A model generated the notes under the pieces. That model was not told the DNA's origin, made no database searches, and saw only the letters and a list, made by a program, of their open reading frames with translations. The position numbers were made by a program, and so were the translations under genes. Positions 50,570 to 59,566 of a DNA stretch of 64,000 nucleotides are shown here, one piece after another; within the stretch, counting starts at the first letter, position 1; every line of letters begins with the position of its first letter. The DNA comes from Candidatus Limivicinus sp. GTDB lineage: Bacteria > Bacillota > Clostridia > Oscillospirales > Oscillospiraceae. Where the stretch lies: NCBI GenBank assembly GCA_045546335.1, contig JAZQCO010000084.1, positions 564 to 64,563 on the forward strand, in the 5' to 3' direction.

Positions 50570-52726
50570 TTATTCACTCACGCGGATGGGGATGATGGCG
50601 ATGGCGTGCGCGCCGGTGACGGGGTTGGAGGCAATGCGGCGCAGCAGGGAGTGGAGCGTCCCGCCATCGGGGCTGCTCTCACGCACGGTGACCCAGTCGC
50701 TGCTCTGGATGCACTCCTCCATGGCAGCGGTGAACGCGGCGCTCGGGCCGATCTCGTCATAGACCGAAACCCCGACCTCGAGCTCGATACCGAAGCTGCG
50801 GCGCATGAACTCAGCATAGCTCTCGTTGAAGCGCAGGAAACACCGCGCCTGGCCGCAAAGCTCGAGCACCGCCGTGGGCAGAGTGTGCAGATAGGGGCGG
50901 AAAACCTGCCCCGCGCCGCAATCGAGCGCGCCGGGGTCGCAGAGGTTGAAGGTGCCGATGGCCGTATAGTAGCCGGACTCGCCGGGATCCTCGAGCGGCT
51001 GCCCCACCTCGGCACGGCTGAGCTGAAGGATGGTCTCGAGCGGCACGGGCTTGCTGTAGTAGTCGCCCTGCAGCTTGTCGCTGCCGATCCCGTTGAGAAA
51101 GCGCACCTGCTCGCTTGTCTGCACGCCCTCGACCACGGTGTCGATCCCCAGCATCAGCGCCATCTTCATCAGCTCCGTCAGGATGATCTGGCTCTTTCCG
51201 GTGTGGTTAAACTGCTGCATGAAGGCGAGGTCGAACTTGATCGTATCCACCTCGAAGGTTTGCAGCACGTCCAGTGAGGAGTAGCCGCTGCCGAAGTCGT
51301 CCAGCCACACATGGAAGCCCAGCGCGCGGAAGCGGGCGATCTGTTCGCGCAGCGCGTCGGGGTTCTGGCCGATCGTGCTCTCCGTGATCTCGATGATCAG
51401 CAGCTCACGGCTGACGCCCGCGGCGTCCACCCGCTTGCAGACCTCCTCCACCGGGTCGCAGCAGTCGAAGTCCGAGCGGGAGAGGTTGACGGAGACCGGA
51501 ACGCAGGTGAGCCCGGCCGCCTGCTTTTGCCTCAGCTCCTCGAGCACTCGCTCCACCATATAGAGATCCAGACGGTAGATCAGCAGCGCGTCCTCGAGCA
51601 CGGGCACGAACTCGGCGGGCGAGAGCGTCCCCTTCACGGGGTCGAACCAGCGCGCCAGCGCCTCCTCATTGCAGACGCGGCCCGTGGTGGCGCGCACGAT
51701 GGGCTGATAAAAGACCTTGATCCAGCGTTCGCTCAGGGCGCGCTCGAACTGCGCGAGGATGTAATGCCGCCGCGCGGTGTCCGCAAGCAGGGTCATGTCG
51801 AAGTAGCGGTAGACGGAGATGAACGCGCCGCGCTTGCTGTCGCAGGCCATCTTGGCGCGGTCACAGGCGGTGCCGATATCGACGGGCTCGAGCTGATCGA
51901 GATAAATGCCGACGCGGATCGGCAAAGACTTGCCCTCGTTGAGGCTCTTGCAGTCGCGCATCACGCGCTCGAGCGTATCCTCAAGCTGCGCGTTCGTGGT
52001 GTAGACGGCGAAGTTATCCTGCCCGAAGCGGCCGCAGTTTTCCACACTGAAGTGCTTGACCAGCATCCGCGCGAAGGAGCGCAGCAGCCGGTCGCCCTCG
52101 GCGAAGCCGTATTTGCCGTTATAGAGCTTCATCCCCACGAGGTTGAAGAACAGAAAAGCCGTCTCCCCGCCCTCGTCGCGGATACGCTCTCTCCCGGCCT
52201 CGGCCAGCTCGAAGAAATAGGTCATGTTCGGCAGACCTGTGAGAAAATCGTAGTAGTTCTCGTGAAACTGCGTAAGGCTGCGCAGATAGCTCACGAAGCT
52301 GTCCTTCAGCTCGCCCTCGGCCTTGGGCGCGTCGGGCAGATAGCTGCCCTCGTCCACATACCAGACCACCGCCAGACGCACGCCGGTCTCCGTGTAAACG
52401 TGCCGCCCGAAGGCGTGGACGATGCGATAAATCGCCTCGCTGGGACGGCGGGTGCGGTAGACCACGTTGAACGGCTCCTCGTTCACGGCGAAGCGGAACG
52501 CGGCGTCGGCGATGCGCGAGACATCGTCCGGGTGGGTGTCGCGGTACATGTCGTGATCCATCAGCTCATAGGTGAGGCGGCGATCTGAGTAGCCGAAGAG
52601 CTCCAGAAATCCCGCAGAGAGCACACGGGTGACGACACGCCGGTCGATAAACTGATAGACGGCGAACGGCACGCAGGAGCGTTCCATCTCCTGCATGAGT
52701 GCGGTGTCAAATTGGTACTTTTCCAT
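50570..52726 (-). CDS. c-di-GMP phosphodiesterase-type protein: PAS-like N-terminus, degenerate GGDEF, EAL, and a C-terminal sensor-like domain
   Basis: ATG at 52726 sits 7 nt after GGGGGAGGG. The GGDEF site is replaced by RFGQDNF. The EAL domain has QPIV...NEEALARW, DDFGSGYSSL, KFDLAF and EGVQT. About 190 aa follow the EAL domain. Confidence 0.85.
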   Translation of the reverse strand: MEKYQFDTALMQEMERSCVPFAVYQFIDRRVVTRVLSAGFLELFGYSDRRLTYELMDHDMYRDTHPDDVSRIADAAFRFAVNEEPFNVVYRTRRPSEAIYRIVHAFGRHVYTETGVRLAVVWYVDEGSYLPDAPKAEGELKDSFVSYLRSLTQFHENYYDFLTGLPNMTYFFELAEAGRERIRDEGGETAFLFFNLVGMKLYNGKYGFAEGDRLLRSFARMLVKHFSVENCGRFGQDNFAVYTTNAQLEDTLERVMRDCKSLNEGKSLPIRVGIYLDQLEPVDIGTACDRAKMACDSKRGAFISVYRYFDMTLLADTARRHYILAQFERALSERWIKVFYQPIVRATTGRVCNEEALARWFDPVKGTLSPAEFVPVLEDALLIYRLDLYMVERVLEELRQKQAAGLTCVPVSVNLSRSDFDCCDPVEEVCKRVDAAGVSRELLIIEITESTIGQNPDALREQIARFRALGFHVWLDDFGSGYSSLDVLQTFEVDTIKFDLAFMQQFNHTGKSQIILTELMKMALMLGIDTVVEGVQTSEQVRFLNGIGSDKLQGDYYSKPVPLETILQLSRAEVGQPLEDPGESGYYTAIGTFNLCDPGALDCGAGQVFRPYLHTLPTAVLELCGQARCFLRFNESYAEFMRRSFGIELEVGVSVYDEIGPSAAFTAAMEECIQSSDWVTVRESSPDGGTLHSLLRRIASNPVTGAHAIAIIPIRVSE

Positions 52727-52882
52727 CACGGTGCCCTCCCCCAAAACATACAATTATCATTATAAACGGTATGGGAAGAAAAGGCAAGAATGAATGTTGG
52801 CAGGGCGGAAAGAAATGTTGGCAGGACGGAAAGAAATGTAAGAAACGGTGCTGTGAAAAAAGTCGAAATTCACGCTTTTTTC

Positions 52883-53127
52883 GTAGGGGCAGCCGCCCGG
52901 CAGTACAATAGTATCAGTCTTTTCAAGAAGGGGCTGTCTCAAAACGGCAAGAGCAGCCGTAGGGGCGGCTATTAGCCGCCCGCGCAGTGAAAGCATTATA
53001 AATAGAAAAGTTGGGCGAATTCGCACAAATCAGCGGATTCGCCCAACTTTTTACAGATATTTTTGCTTTGACGCCGGGAGGCTGACAGTCTCCCCTGCGT
53101 TCTCTTTCGGACTTTTGAGACAGCCCC
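52883..53127. repeat. family A long-variant repeat (copy A4, composite; reverse orientation of A1)
   Basis: Truncated head GTAGGGGCAGCCGCCC (52883..52898), GGGGCTGTCTCAAAA (52930..52944), GTAGGGGCGGCT-ATT-AGCCGCCC (52959..52981), AAAAGTTGGGCGAAT...ATTCGCCCAACTTTT (53006..53052), GGGAG-N9-CTCCC, and TTTTGAGACAGCCCC (53113..53127). Confidence 0.7.
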
Positions 53128-53146
53128 TTTGTATGTTGGGAACTGC

Positions 53147-56100
53147 TTACTTTCCGGCCATCGCCTTGTACTGGGCATAGCGGCGGGCGGTGAATTCCTC
53201 GGCCTCCTGGAAGAGAACCTCGGCGCGCTCGGGGAAGGTGCGCGTCAGAGAGGCGAAGCGTACCTCTCCCATCATGAACTCGCGGAGTTTGCCGTTGGGC
53301 TCCTTGCTGTCGAGCAGGAAGGGGTTGAGCCCCTTGTCCAGATTCTCGGGAATGTAGCGGAAGAGCGGCCAGTACCCGCACTCCACCGCGAGCTTCTCCT
53401 CCATCATGGCCTTGCCCATGCCGTTGACCAGACCGTGGTTGATGCAGGGGGCGTAGGCGATAATCAGGGAGGGACCCTTGTGGGCTTCGGCCTCCTTGAG
53501 GGCGGTAATGAGCTGGGCGGGATTTGCGCCCATGGCGACCTTGGCGACATAGACGTTGTCGTACACCATCGCCATGCGGCCCAGATCCTTCTTGGCGGTC
53601 GTCTTTCCGGCATTTGCAAACTGAGCCACCGCGCCGATGGAGGTGGCCTTGGAGGCCTGACCACCGGTGTTGGAGTAGACCTCGGTATCGACCACAAGGA
53701 TATTGACATCAATGCCGGAGGCAAGTACATGGTCGAGACCGCCGTAGCCGATGTCGTACGCCCAGCCATCGCCGCCATACATCCACATGCTCTTCTTGAC
53801 CAGTGCGTCGGTGCGGTTACGCAGCCAAAGCACATCCTCACACTCGCAGGCAGTCGCGGCCAGCGCTTCCTTGAGCGCGTCGGACACCGCGCGGGTCTCG
53901 TCCGGCTCGTCACCCTTTTCGAGCCATGCGGCGAGGGCGGCCTTCAAAGCCTCGTCGCCGGTCTTCCGGAGGGCGGCTTCCGCGTGGGTCTTCGCCTGGC
54001 GGCGCATCTGGTCAACCGACAGGCACATGCCGAGGCCGTACTCCGCGTTGTTTTCAAACAGAGAGTTGGAAGGCGCGGGGCCGTAGCCCTTGGCAGTTCT
54101 CGCGTAGGGGAAGGTGGGCGTGGAGGAGCCGACCACATAGGTGCAGCCGGTGGCGTCGGCCACATACATGCGCTCGCCGAAGAGCTGGGTCATGAGCTTC
54201 ATGTAGGGTGCCTCGCCGCAGCCGGCGCAGGAGCCGTTGAACTCATAGAGCGGGCGCTCGTACTGGCTGCCGCGGGTGCTGAACTTGTCCATGGGGTTTG
54301 CCTTGACCGGGAGAGACACAAGGTAATCCCAGTTCGGCTGCTCGTGCATCTGGCTCTCAAGCGGCTGCATCACGAGGGCTTTCTCCTTGGCCGGGCAGAC
54401 ATTGGCACAGGAGGAGCAGCCCTGGCAGTCGATGGGATCGACCTGAATGCGGTAGGTGTACTTCTCGAAGCCCTTGCCGACTGCCTTCTTCGTGACCATA
54501 CCCTCCGGGCCGGCCGCCTTCTCCTCTTCCGTTACCAGGAAGGGACGGATGCAGGCGTGCGGACACACCAGCGAGCACATGTTGCAGCCGATGCAGTTTT
54601 CGGGGATCCACTTGGGGACGTTCGTGGCAATGCCGCGGCGCTCGTACTTCGAGGTCTCTACCGGGCTCACGCCGTCAGCGTAGGGCATGAACTTCGACAC
54701 CGGAATTTTGTCACCCGCCTGCCTGTTGACCGGGATCTGGATCTCGCGGATATAGGTCGGCAGGCTCTGATCGACGCTTTCCTCCTCGTCCTTCAGCTCC
54801 GCCCAGCCCGCAGGGACGTCGATCTTCTTCAGGGCGGTGAGACCCGCGTCAACAGCGGCGCAGTTCATGTTGACGATCTTCTCGCCCTTCTTGGCATAGG
54901 TCTTGACAATGGCGTCCTTCATGTACTGCACGGCGTCTTCGATGGGCAGTACGCCCGAGAGCTTGAAGAAGGCCGCCTGCAGCACGGTGTTCGTGCGATT
55001 GCCGAGACCGATCTGCTGGGCGATGTCGGTGGCATCAATGGTGTAAAAATGAAGGCCGTTTTGCGCGATGATGCGCTTGGCGCGGTTCGGCAGATGCTCT
55101 TCGAGCCCCGCCATGTCCCAGTCGGTGTTGAGGAGGAACGTGCCGCCCTTCTTGATCTCCGCCACGATATCAAAGTCCTTCATGTAGCTCTGCTTGTGGC
55201 AGGCCACGAAGTCTGCCATCGTGACGTAATAGGTGGAGCGGATGGGCTCGTGGCCGAAACGCAGGTGGCTCTTGGTCACACCGCCGGACTTCTTGGAATC
55301 GTATTCAAAATACGCCTGGGCGTACTGATCGGTGTTGTCGCCGATGATCTTGATGGAGTTTTTGTTGGCGCCCACGGTGCCGTCGGAGCCGAGACCCCAG
55401 AACTTGCAGGAGATGATCGACTTGCCGGAGGTAACGATGTTCTCGCCGACAGGCAGGGACGTGTGGGTCACGTCGTCGTGGATGCCTACGGTGAAGTGGT
55501 TCTTCTTCTCCCCGGCCATGTTGTCGAACACGGCCTTCATGTGGGCGGGGATGGTGTCCTTGGAGGAAAGGCCATACCGTCCGCCGAGGATCTCGACACC
55601 GGCAAAGGCGGTGTCGCGCAGGGCCGTGCACACGTCCTCAAAGAGCGGCTCGCCTGCGGCGCCCGGCTCCTTGGTGCGGTCGAGAACAGAGATGGTCCTG
55701 ACGCTTGCGGGCAGCACGGCGGCGAGGTGCTTTGCCGAGAACGGGCGGTAGAGGTGTACCTGGACCATGCCGACCTTCTCGCCGCGCTCCGCGAGGTAGT
55801 CTACCACCTCATGCAGCGTCTCACACACAGAGCCCATGGCAACGATGACACGCTCGGCGTCCGGCGCGCCGTAATAGTTGAAGAGCTTGTAGTCCCGCCC
55901 CGTGAGCTGATGGATGGCGTCCATCTTCTCCTGCACGATGTCGGGCAGAAGGTCGTAGGCGGTGTTGCAGGCCTCGCGGGACTGGAAGAAGGTGTCGGGA
56001 TTCTGCAAAGTCGAGCGGATGGTCGGGTGTTCGGAGTTGAGAGCATGGTCGCGGAAACGCTGCACCGCGTCCCAGTCGAGGAGCTTTCCCAGATCGTCGT

Positions 56101-56659
56101 AGTCTAACAGCTCGATCTTCTGGATCTCGTGGCTGGTGCGGAAGCCGTCAAAGAAGTGCATGAAGGGGATGGAGCCTTTGATCGCGGCAAGGTGGGCCAC
56201 CGCGCCGATGTCCATGCACTCCTGCACGCTCGAGGAGGCCAGCATCGCAAAGCCGGTCTGGCGGCAGGCCATGGCGTCGGAGTGATCGCCGAAGATGGAG
56301 ATGGAGTGGGTGCCGACGGTGCGGGCGGCGACATGCATCACGCCCGGCAGCATCGAACCCGCAATGCGGAACATCGGCGGGATCATCAGCATCAGCCCCT
56401 GGGAGGCGGTGTAGGTGGTGGCCAGTGACCCGGTCTCCAGTGCGCCGTGCATCGCGCCGCAGGCGCCGGACTCGGCCTGCATCTCCACGAGCTGCACCGG
56501 CTGACCGAAGAGGTTCTTCTTACCGTGAGCGGCCCAGTCGTCCACATGGTCGGCCATGGGGCTTGAGGGCGTGATGGGGTAGATGGAAGCGACCTCCGTA
56601 AAGGCATAGGATACATACGCGGCGGCTTCGTTGCCGTCCATTGTCTTTCTCATCAGCAT
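53147..56659 (-). CDS. nifJ: pyruvate:ferredoxin (flavodoxin) oxidoreductase
   Basis: 1170-aa ORF with an AAGGAG RBS. MDGNEAAAYVSYAFTEVASIYPITPSS, two ferredoxin motifs (CIGCNMCSLVCPHACI and CQGCSSCANVCP), and the TPP site GGDGWAYDIGYGGLDH. Confidence 0.95.
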   Translation of the reverse strand: MLMRKTMDGNEAAAYVSYAFTEVASIYPITPSSPMADHVDDWAAHGKKNLFGQPVQLVEMQAESGACGAMHGALETGSLATTYTASQGLMLMIPPMFRIAGSMLPGVMHVAARTVGTHSISIFGDHSDAMACRQTGFAMLASSSVQECMDIGAVAHLAAIKGSIPFMHFFDGFRTSHEIQKIELLDYDDLGKLLDWDAVQRFRDHALNSEHPTIRSTLQNPDTFFQSREACNTAYDLLPDIVQEKMDAIHQLTGRDYKLFNYYGAPDAERVIVAMGSVCETLHEVVDYLAERGEKVGMVQVHLYRPFSAKHLAAVLPASVRTISVLDRTKEPGAAGEPLFEDVCTALRDTAFAGVEILGGRYGLSSKDTIPAHMKAVFDNMAGEKKNHFTVGIHDDVTHTSLPVGENIVTSGKSIISCKFWGLGSDGTVGANKNSIKIIGDNTDQYAQAYFEYDSKKSGGVTKSHLRFGHEPIRSTYYVTMADFVACHKQSYMKDFDIVAEIKKGGTFLLNTDWDMAGLEEHLPNRAKRIIAQNGLHFYTIDATDIAQQIGLGNRTNTVLQAAFFKLSGVLPIEDAVQYMKDAIVKTYAKKGEKIVNMNCAAVDAGLTALKKIDVPAGWAELKDEEESVDQSLPTYIREIQIPVNRQAGDKIPVSKFMPYADGVSPVETSKYERRGIATNVPKWIPENCIGCNMCSLVCPHACIRPFLVTEEEKAAGPEGMVTKKAVGKGFEKYTYRIQVDPIDCQGCSSCANVCPAKEKALVMQPLESQMHEQPNWDYLVSLPVKANPMDKFSTRGSQYERPLYEFNGSCAGCGEAPYMKLMTQLFGERMYVADATGCTYVVGSSTPTFPYARTAKGYGPAPSNSLFENNAEYGLGMCLSVDQMRRQAKTHAEAALRKTGDEALKAALAAWLEKGDEPDETRAVSDALKEALAATACECEDVLWLRNRTDALVKKSMWMYGGDGWAYDIGYGGLDHVLASGIDVNILVVDTEVYSNTGGQASKATSIGAVAQFANAGKTTAKKDLGRMAMVYDNVYVAKVAMGANPAQLITALKEAEAHKGPSLIIAYAPCINHGLVNGMGKAMMEEKLAVECGYWPLFRYIPENLDKGLNPFLLDSKEPNGKLREFMMGEVRFASLTRTFPERAEVLFQEAEEFTARRYAQYKAMAGK

Positions 56660-56671
56660 GGCATAGTCTCC

Positions 56672-57046
56672 TTATTTGACGACGGCGATGGCCTCGATCT
56701 CACACAGGAGATTCTTCGGCAGGGTCTTCACCGCCACGCAGGAGCGGGCGGGTTTGCTGACAAAATATTTCTCATAGATGGCGTTAAAGGCGGCAAAGTC
56801 GCCCATATCCGCGAGGAAGCAGGTGGTCTTGATGACCTTGTCAAAACCCGTCCCGGCGGCCTCCAGAAGTGCGCCGATGTTCTTGCAGCACTGTTCGGCC
56901 TGCGCCTCGATGCTCTCGCCGGCGACAGCGCCGCTTTCGGGGAGCAGGGCAACCTGCCCGGAGGTAAACAGCAGACCATTGACAACATAGCCTTGCGAGT
57001 AGGGGCCGATGGCAGCCGGTGCCTGATCGGTGGCAATGACTTTCAT
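56672..57046 (-). CDS. ridA: RidA-family reactive enamine/imine deaminase
   Basis: ATG at 57046 after AGGAGGA. 124 aa containing APAAIGPYSQG, LFTSGQ, TTCFLADM and PARSCVAV.LP....EIEA, as in YjgF/RidA. Confidence 0.85.
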   Translation of the reverse strand: MKVIATDQAPAAIGPYSQGYVVNGLLFTSGQVALLPESGAVAGESIEAQAEQCCKNIGALLEAAGTGFDKVIKTTCFLADMGDFAAFNAIYEKYFVSKPARSCVAVKTLPKNLLCEIEAIAVVK

Positions 57047-57109
57047 ATTCTTATCCTCCTGTACGATTGCGAAATCACGTTTCGCGATTGAGTACATCAT
57101 ATAACCTTA

Positions 57110-57141
57110 CTCCGCGGAGGGCAAGCCTCCGCGGAGTTTTT
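57110..57141. other. GC hairpin between the lyase gene and ridA; the U-tract falls only on the non-coding (+) strand
   Basis: CTCCGCGGAGG-GCAAG-CCTCCGCGGAG followed by TTTTT on the + strand, although both flanking genes are on the - strand. Confidence 0.5.
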
Positions 57142-57154
57142 CGGTGATTGGGGA

Positions 57155-58354
57155 TCATTTCAGCTCGGCAAAGGCCTGCTCAAAGTCGGCGATGATATCC
57201 TCGATATCCTCAAGACCGACGCTGATGCGCACAAGACCCTCGGAGATGCCGGCGGCGGCCAGTTCTTCTGCCGAGTAGGTGGAGTGGGTCATGGAGGCCG
57301 CGTGCTCGACCAGCGTTTCCGCGTCGCCGAGGGAGACGGCGATGGTGCAGAGCTTGAGCCTGTTGATCGCCGCGGCGGTAGAGGCCTTGTCAGCCTTGAG
57401 CTCAATGGACATCATCCCGCCGAAATCGCTCATCTGCTTTTTCGCGGTCTCGAAGCCCTCGAAGCTCTCAAGTCCCGGATAATAGACTTTCTTCACGGCA
57501 GGGTGCGCTTCCAGCCAGGCGGCGAGCTTTTTGGCGTTTGCACAGTGACGCTCCATGCGGATGCTCAGCGTCTTGAGGCCGCGGGCGATGAGGAAGGCGT
57601 TGAACGGACTCATGACCGCGCCGTTCATATGTACCACGCCGATGGCGCGCACGTCGTCGATAAATGCCTTCCTGCCAACCACGAAGCCCGCGATCACGTC
57701 GCCGTGGCCGTTGATGTACTTGGTGGCGCTGTGCACGACCACGTCCGCGCCCAGCTCCAGCGGGCGCTGGAGATAGGGGGAGCAGAAGGTATTGTCCACG
57801 ATGACGCGGATGTCGGGATTGTAGGCGTGCGCCTCGTCGGCGACGGCCTTGATGTCGATGACCTTGAGCGTGGGGTTGCAGGGGGTCTCAAAGTAGACGA
57901 CCTTGGTCTTCTCGGTCAGCGCCTTTCGGAGGGCACCCGGCTCGTTGAGGTTGACGAACGTCACCTTGACGCCGAGCTGGACGATCTCCTTGGACAAAAA
58001 TGCGAAGGTGCAGCCGTAGAGGGTCTCGTCAGCCACAATCTCGTCGCCCGCGACAACGCTGCGGTAGATGGCGGCGGTGATGGCACCCATGCCGGAGGCC
58101 GTGGCCATGGCGGCCTCGCCGTTTTCGAGGGAGGCGATCTTCGCCTCAACGGAGTTTGTGGTGGGGTTTGCGGGACGGGAGTAGACATAGCCTGCCTCGG
58201 TGCCGGCAAAGCGTGCGCCGCCCTGCTCGACGGAGTCAAACGCGAAGGTGGAGGTCTGATAGATCGGGTCGCACAGCGCACCGGCGCTGTTCTTGCATTT
58301 CCCTACATGGATCTGACGTGTGGAGAAGCCGAGCTTCTTTTCGGTGTTTTCCAT
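57155..58354 (-). CDS. methionine gamma-lyase-like PLP enzyme (Cys/Met metabolism family)
   Basis: ATG at 58354 sits 6 nt after AGGAGA. GFSTRQIHVG, PIYQTSTFAFDSVEQGGARFAGTEAGYVYSRPANPT (the MGL-type block) and PLP-lysine motif HSATKYINGHGD. 399 aa. Confidence 0.75.
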   Translation of the reverse strand: MENTEKKLGFSTRQIHVGKCKNSAGALCDPIYQTSTFAFDSVEQGGARFAGTEAGYVYSRPANPTTNSVEAKIASLENGEAAMATASGMGAITAAIYRSVVAGDEIVADETLYGCTFAFLSKEIVQLGVKVTFVNLNEPGALRKALTEKTKVVYFETPCNPTLKVIDIKAVADEAHAYNPDIRVIVDNTFCSPYLQRPLELGADVVVHSATKYINGHGDVIAGFVVGRKAFIDDVRAIGVVHMNGAVMSPFNAFLIARGLKTLSIRMERHCANAKKLAAWLEAHPAVKKVYYPGLESFEGFETAKKQMSDFGGMMSIELKADKASTAAAINRLKLCTIAVSLGDAETLVEHAASMTHSTYSAEELAAAGISEGLVRISVGLEDIEDIIADFEQAFAELK

Positions 58355-58373
58355 TTCCGTCTCCTTTCCTTCG

Positions 58374-59552
58374 TCAGCCAAGTCCGGCCGCTATTTCGTA
58401 GATTTCACGGATCGCCTCGCGCGTCAGGCCGACATAGCCGCCTGTGACGCCCTCGCCCACATTGTTCATCTCCACCAGACGGTCGATCGAGGCGGGGTCT
58501 GCGCCCACCTCGGCAAAGGTCAGGGGCATGTGCAGCTCACGCAGGAAGTTCTTGAAGGCCTCAACGCCCTCGCGCGCGGTGCGCTTGGGATCGTCAAAGT
58601 CCATCTGGCAGCCGAAGATGCGCGTGGCCATCTGGGCAAAGCGATTTGCATCGCTGTGCTCGATGCAGTAGCTCATCCACGCGGGCATGATGACGGAAAG
58701 TCCCGCGCCGTGGGCACAGTCATATACCGCTGAGAGCACATGCTCAAGGTGGTGGCTGTTCCAGTCCTGCTTGCGGCCGACGCCCATGATGTCATTGTGC
58801 ACGACCATGCCGGCCCACATGATGTTGGCGCGGGCTTCGTAGTCATGGGGATTTTCCATGACACGTCTGCCCTCGTGCAGCATCGCGAGCACGATCCCCT
58901 CCAGCATGCGGTCCGTGGTCTCCACGTTCCTGGTGGGGGTGAAGTAGCGCTCAAAAGCGTGGGAGATGATATCCGTCACGCCGCAGGCGGTCTGGAAGGC
59001 GGGCAGGCTCTCGGTCAGCACCGGGTTCATGATGGAGAACTTCGGACGGATGCAGTCGGCCTCGGCCGCGGTTTTGTCAAGGGTCTTCTCGTTGGTGATG
59101 ATCGCGTTGGGGGAGCCTTCGCTCCCGGAAGCCGCGATGGTCAGCACCACGCCGACGGGCAGGGCCGTCTCCGGGGTCTTGCCCGCGAAAAAGTCCCAGA
59201 AGTCCCCGTCATAGGGGACACCCATAGCGATGCTCTTGGCGGTGTCCATGACGCTGCCGCCGCCGACTGCCAGCATGAAATCGACCTTCTCCTTGCGGGC
59301 GAGCGCAATGCCCTCATACACAAGGCCGCTGCGGGGGTTGGGCTTGACGCCGCCGAGCTCCACAGAGCTCAGACCCTCGGCATCCAGAGAGGCTTTCACG
59401 CGATCTAAAAGACCGGACTTCCTGGCGGACTGGCCGCCGTAGAGAATCATGACGCGGCTGCCGCCGAATTTTTTGACATACTTGCCCGCGTCGTTTTCAC
59501 GGTCGCGGCCGAAAACAAAGTAGGTAGGGCTGTAGAAATCGAAATTATTCAT
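58374..59552 (-). CDS. iron-containing alcohol dehydrogenase (YqhD/BdhA-like aldehyde reductase)
   Basis: 392-aa ORF. AVGGGSVMDTAKSIA, TIAASGSE and the His cluster HAFERY...HHLEH typical of Fe-ADH. Confidence 0.85.
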   Translation of the reverse strand: MNNFDFYSPTYFVFGRDRENDAGKYVKKFGGSRVMILYGGQSARKSGLLDRVKASLDAEGLSSVELGGVKPNPRSGLVYEGIALARKEKVDFMLAVGGGSVMDTAKSIAMGVPYDGDFWDFFAGKTPETALPVGVVLTIAASGSEGSPNAIITNEKTLDKTAAEADCIRPKFSIMNPVLTESLPAFQTACGVTDIISHAFERYFTPTRNVETTDRMLEGIVLAMLHEGRRVMENPHDYEARANIMWAGMVVHNDIMGVGRKQDWNSHHLEHVLSAVYDCAHGAGLSVIMPAWMSYCIEHSDANRFAQMATRIFGCQMDFDDPKRTAREGVEAFKNFLRELHMPLTFAEVGADPASIDRLVEMNNVGEGVTGGYVGLTREAIREIYEIAAGLG

Positions 59553-59566
59553 CTCTCTCCTCTGTC

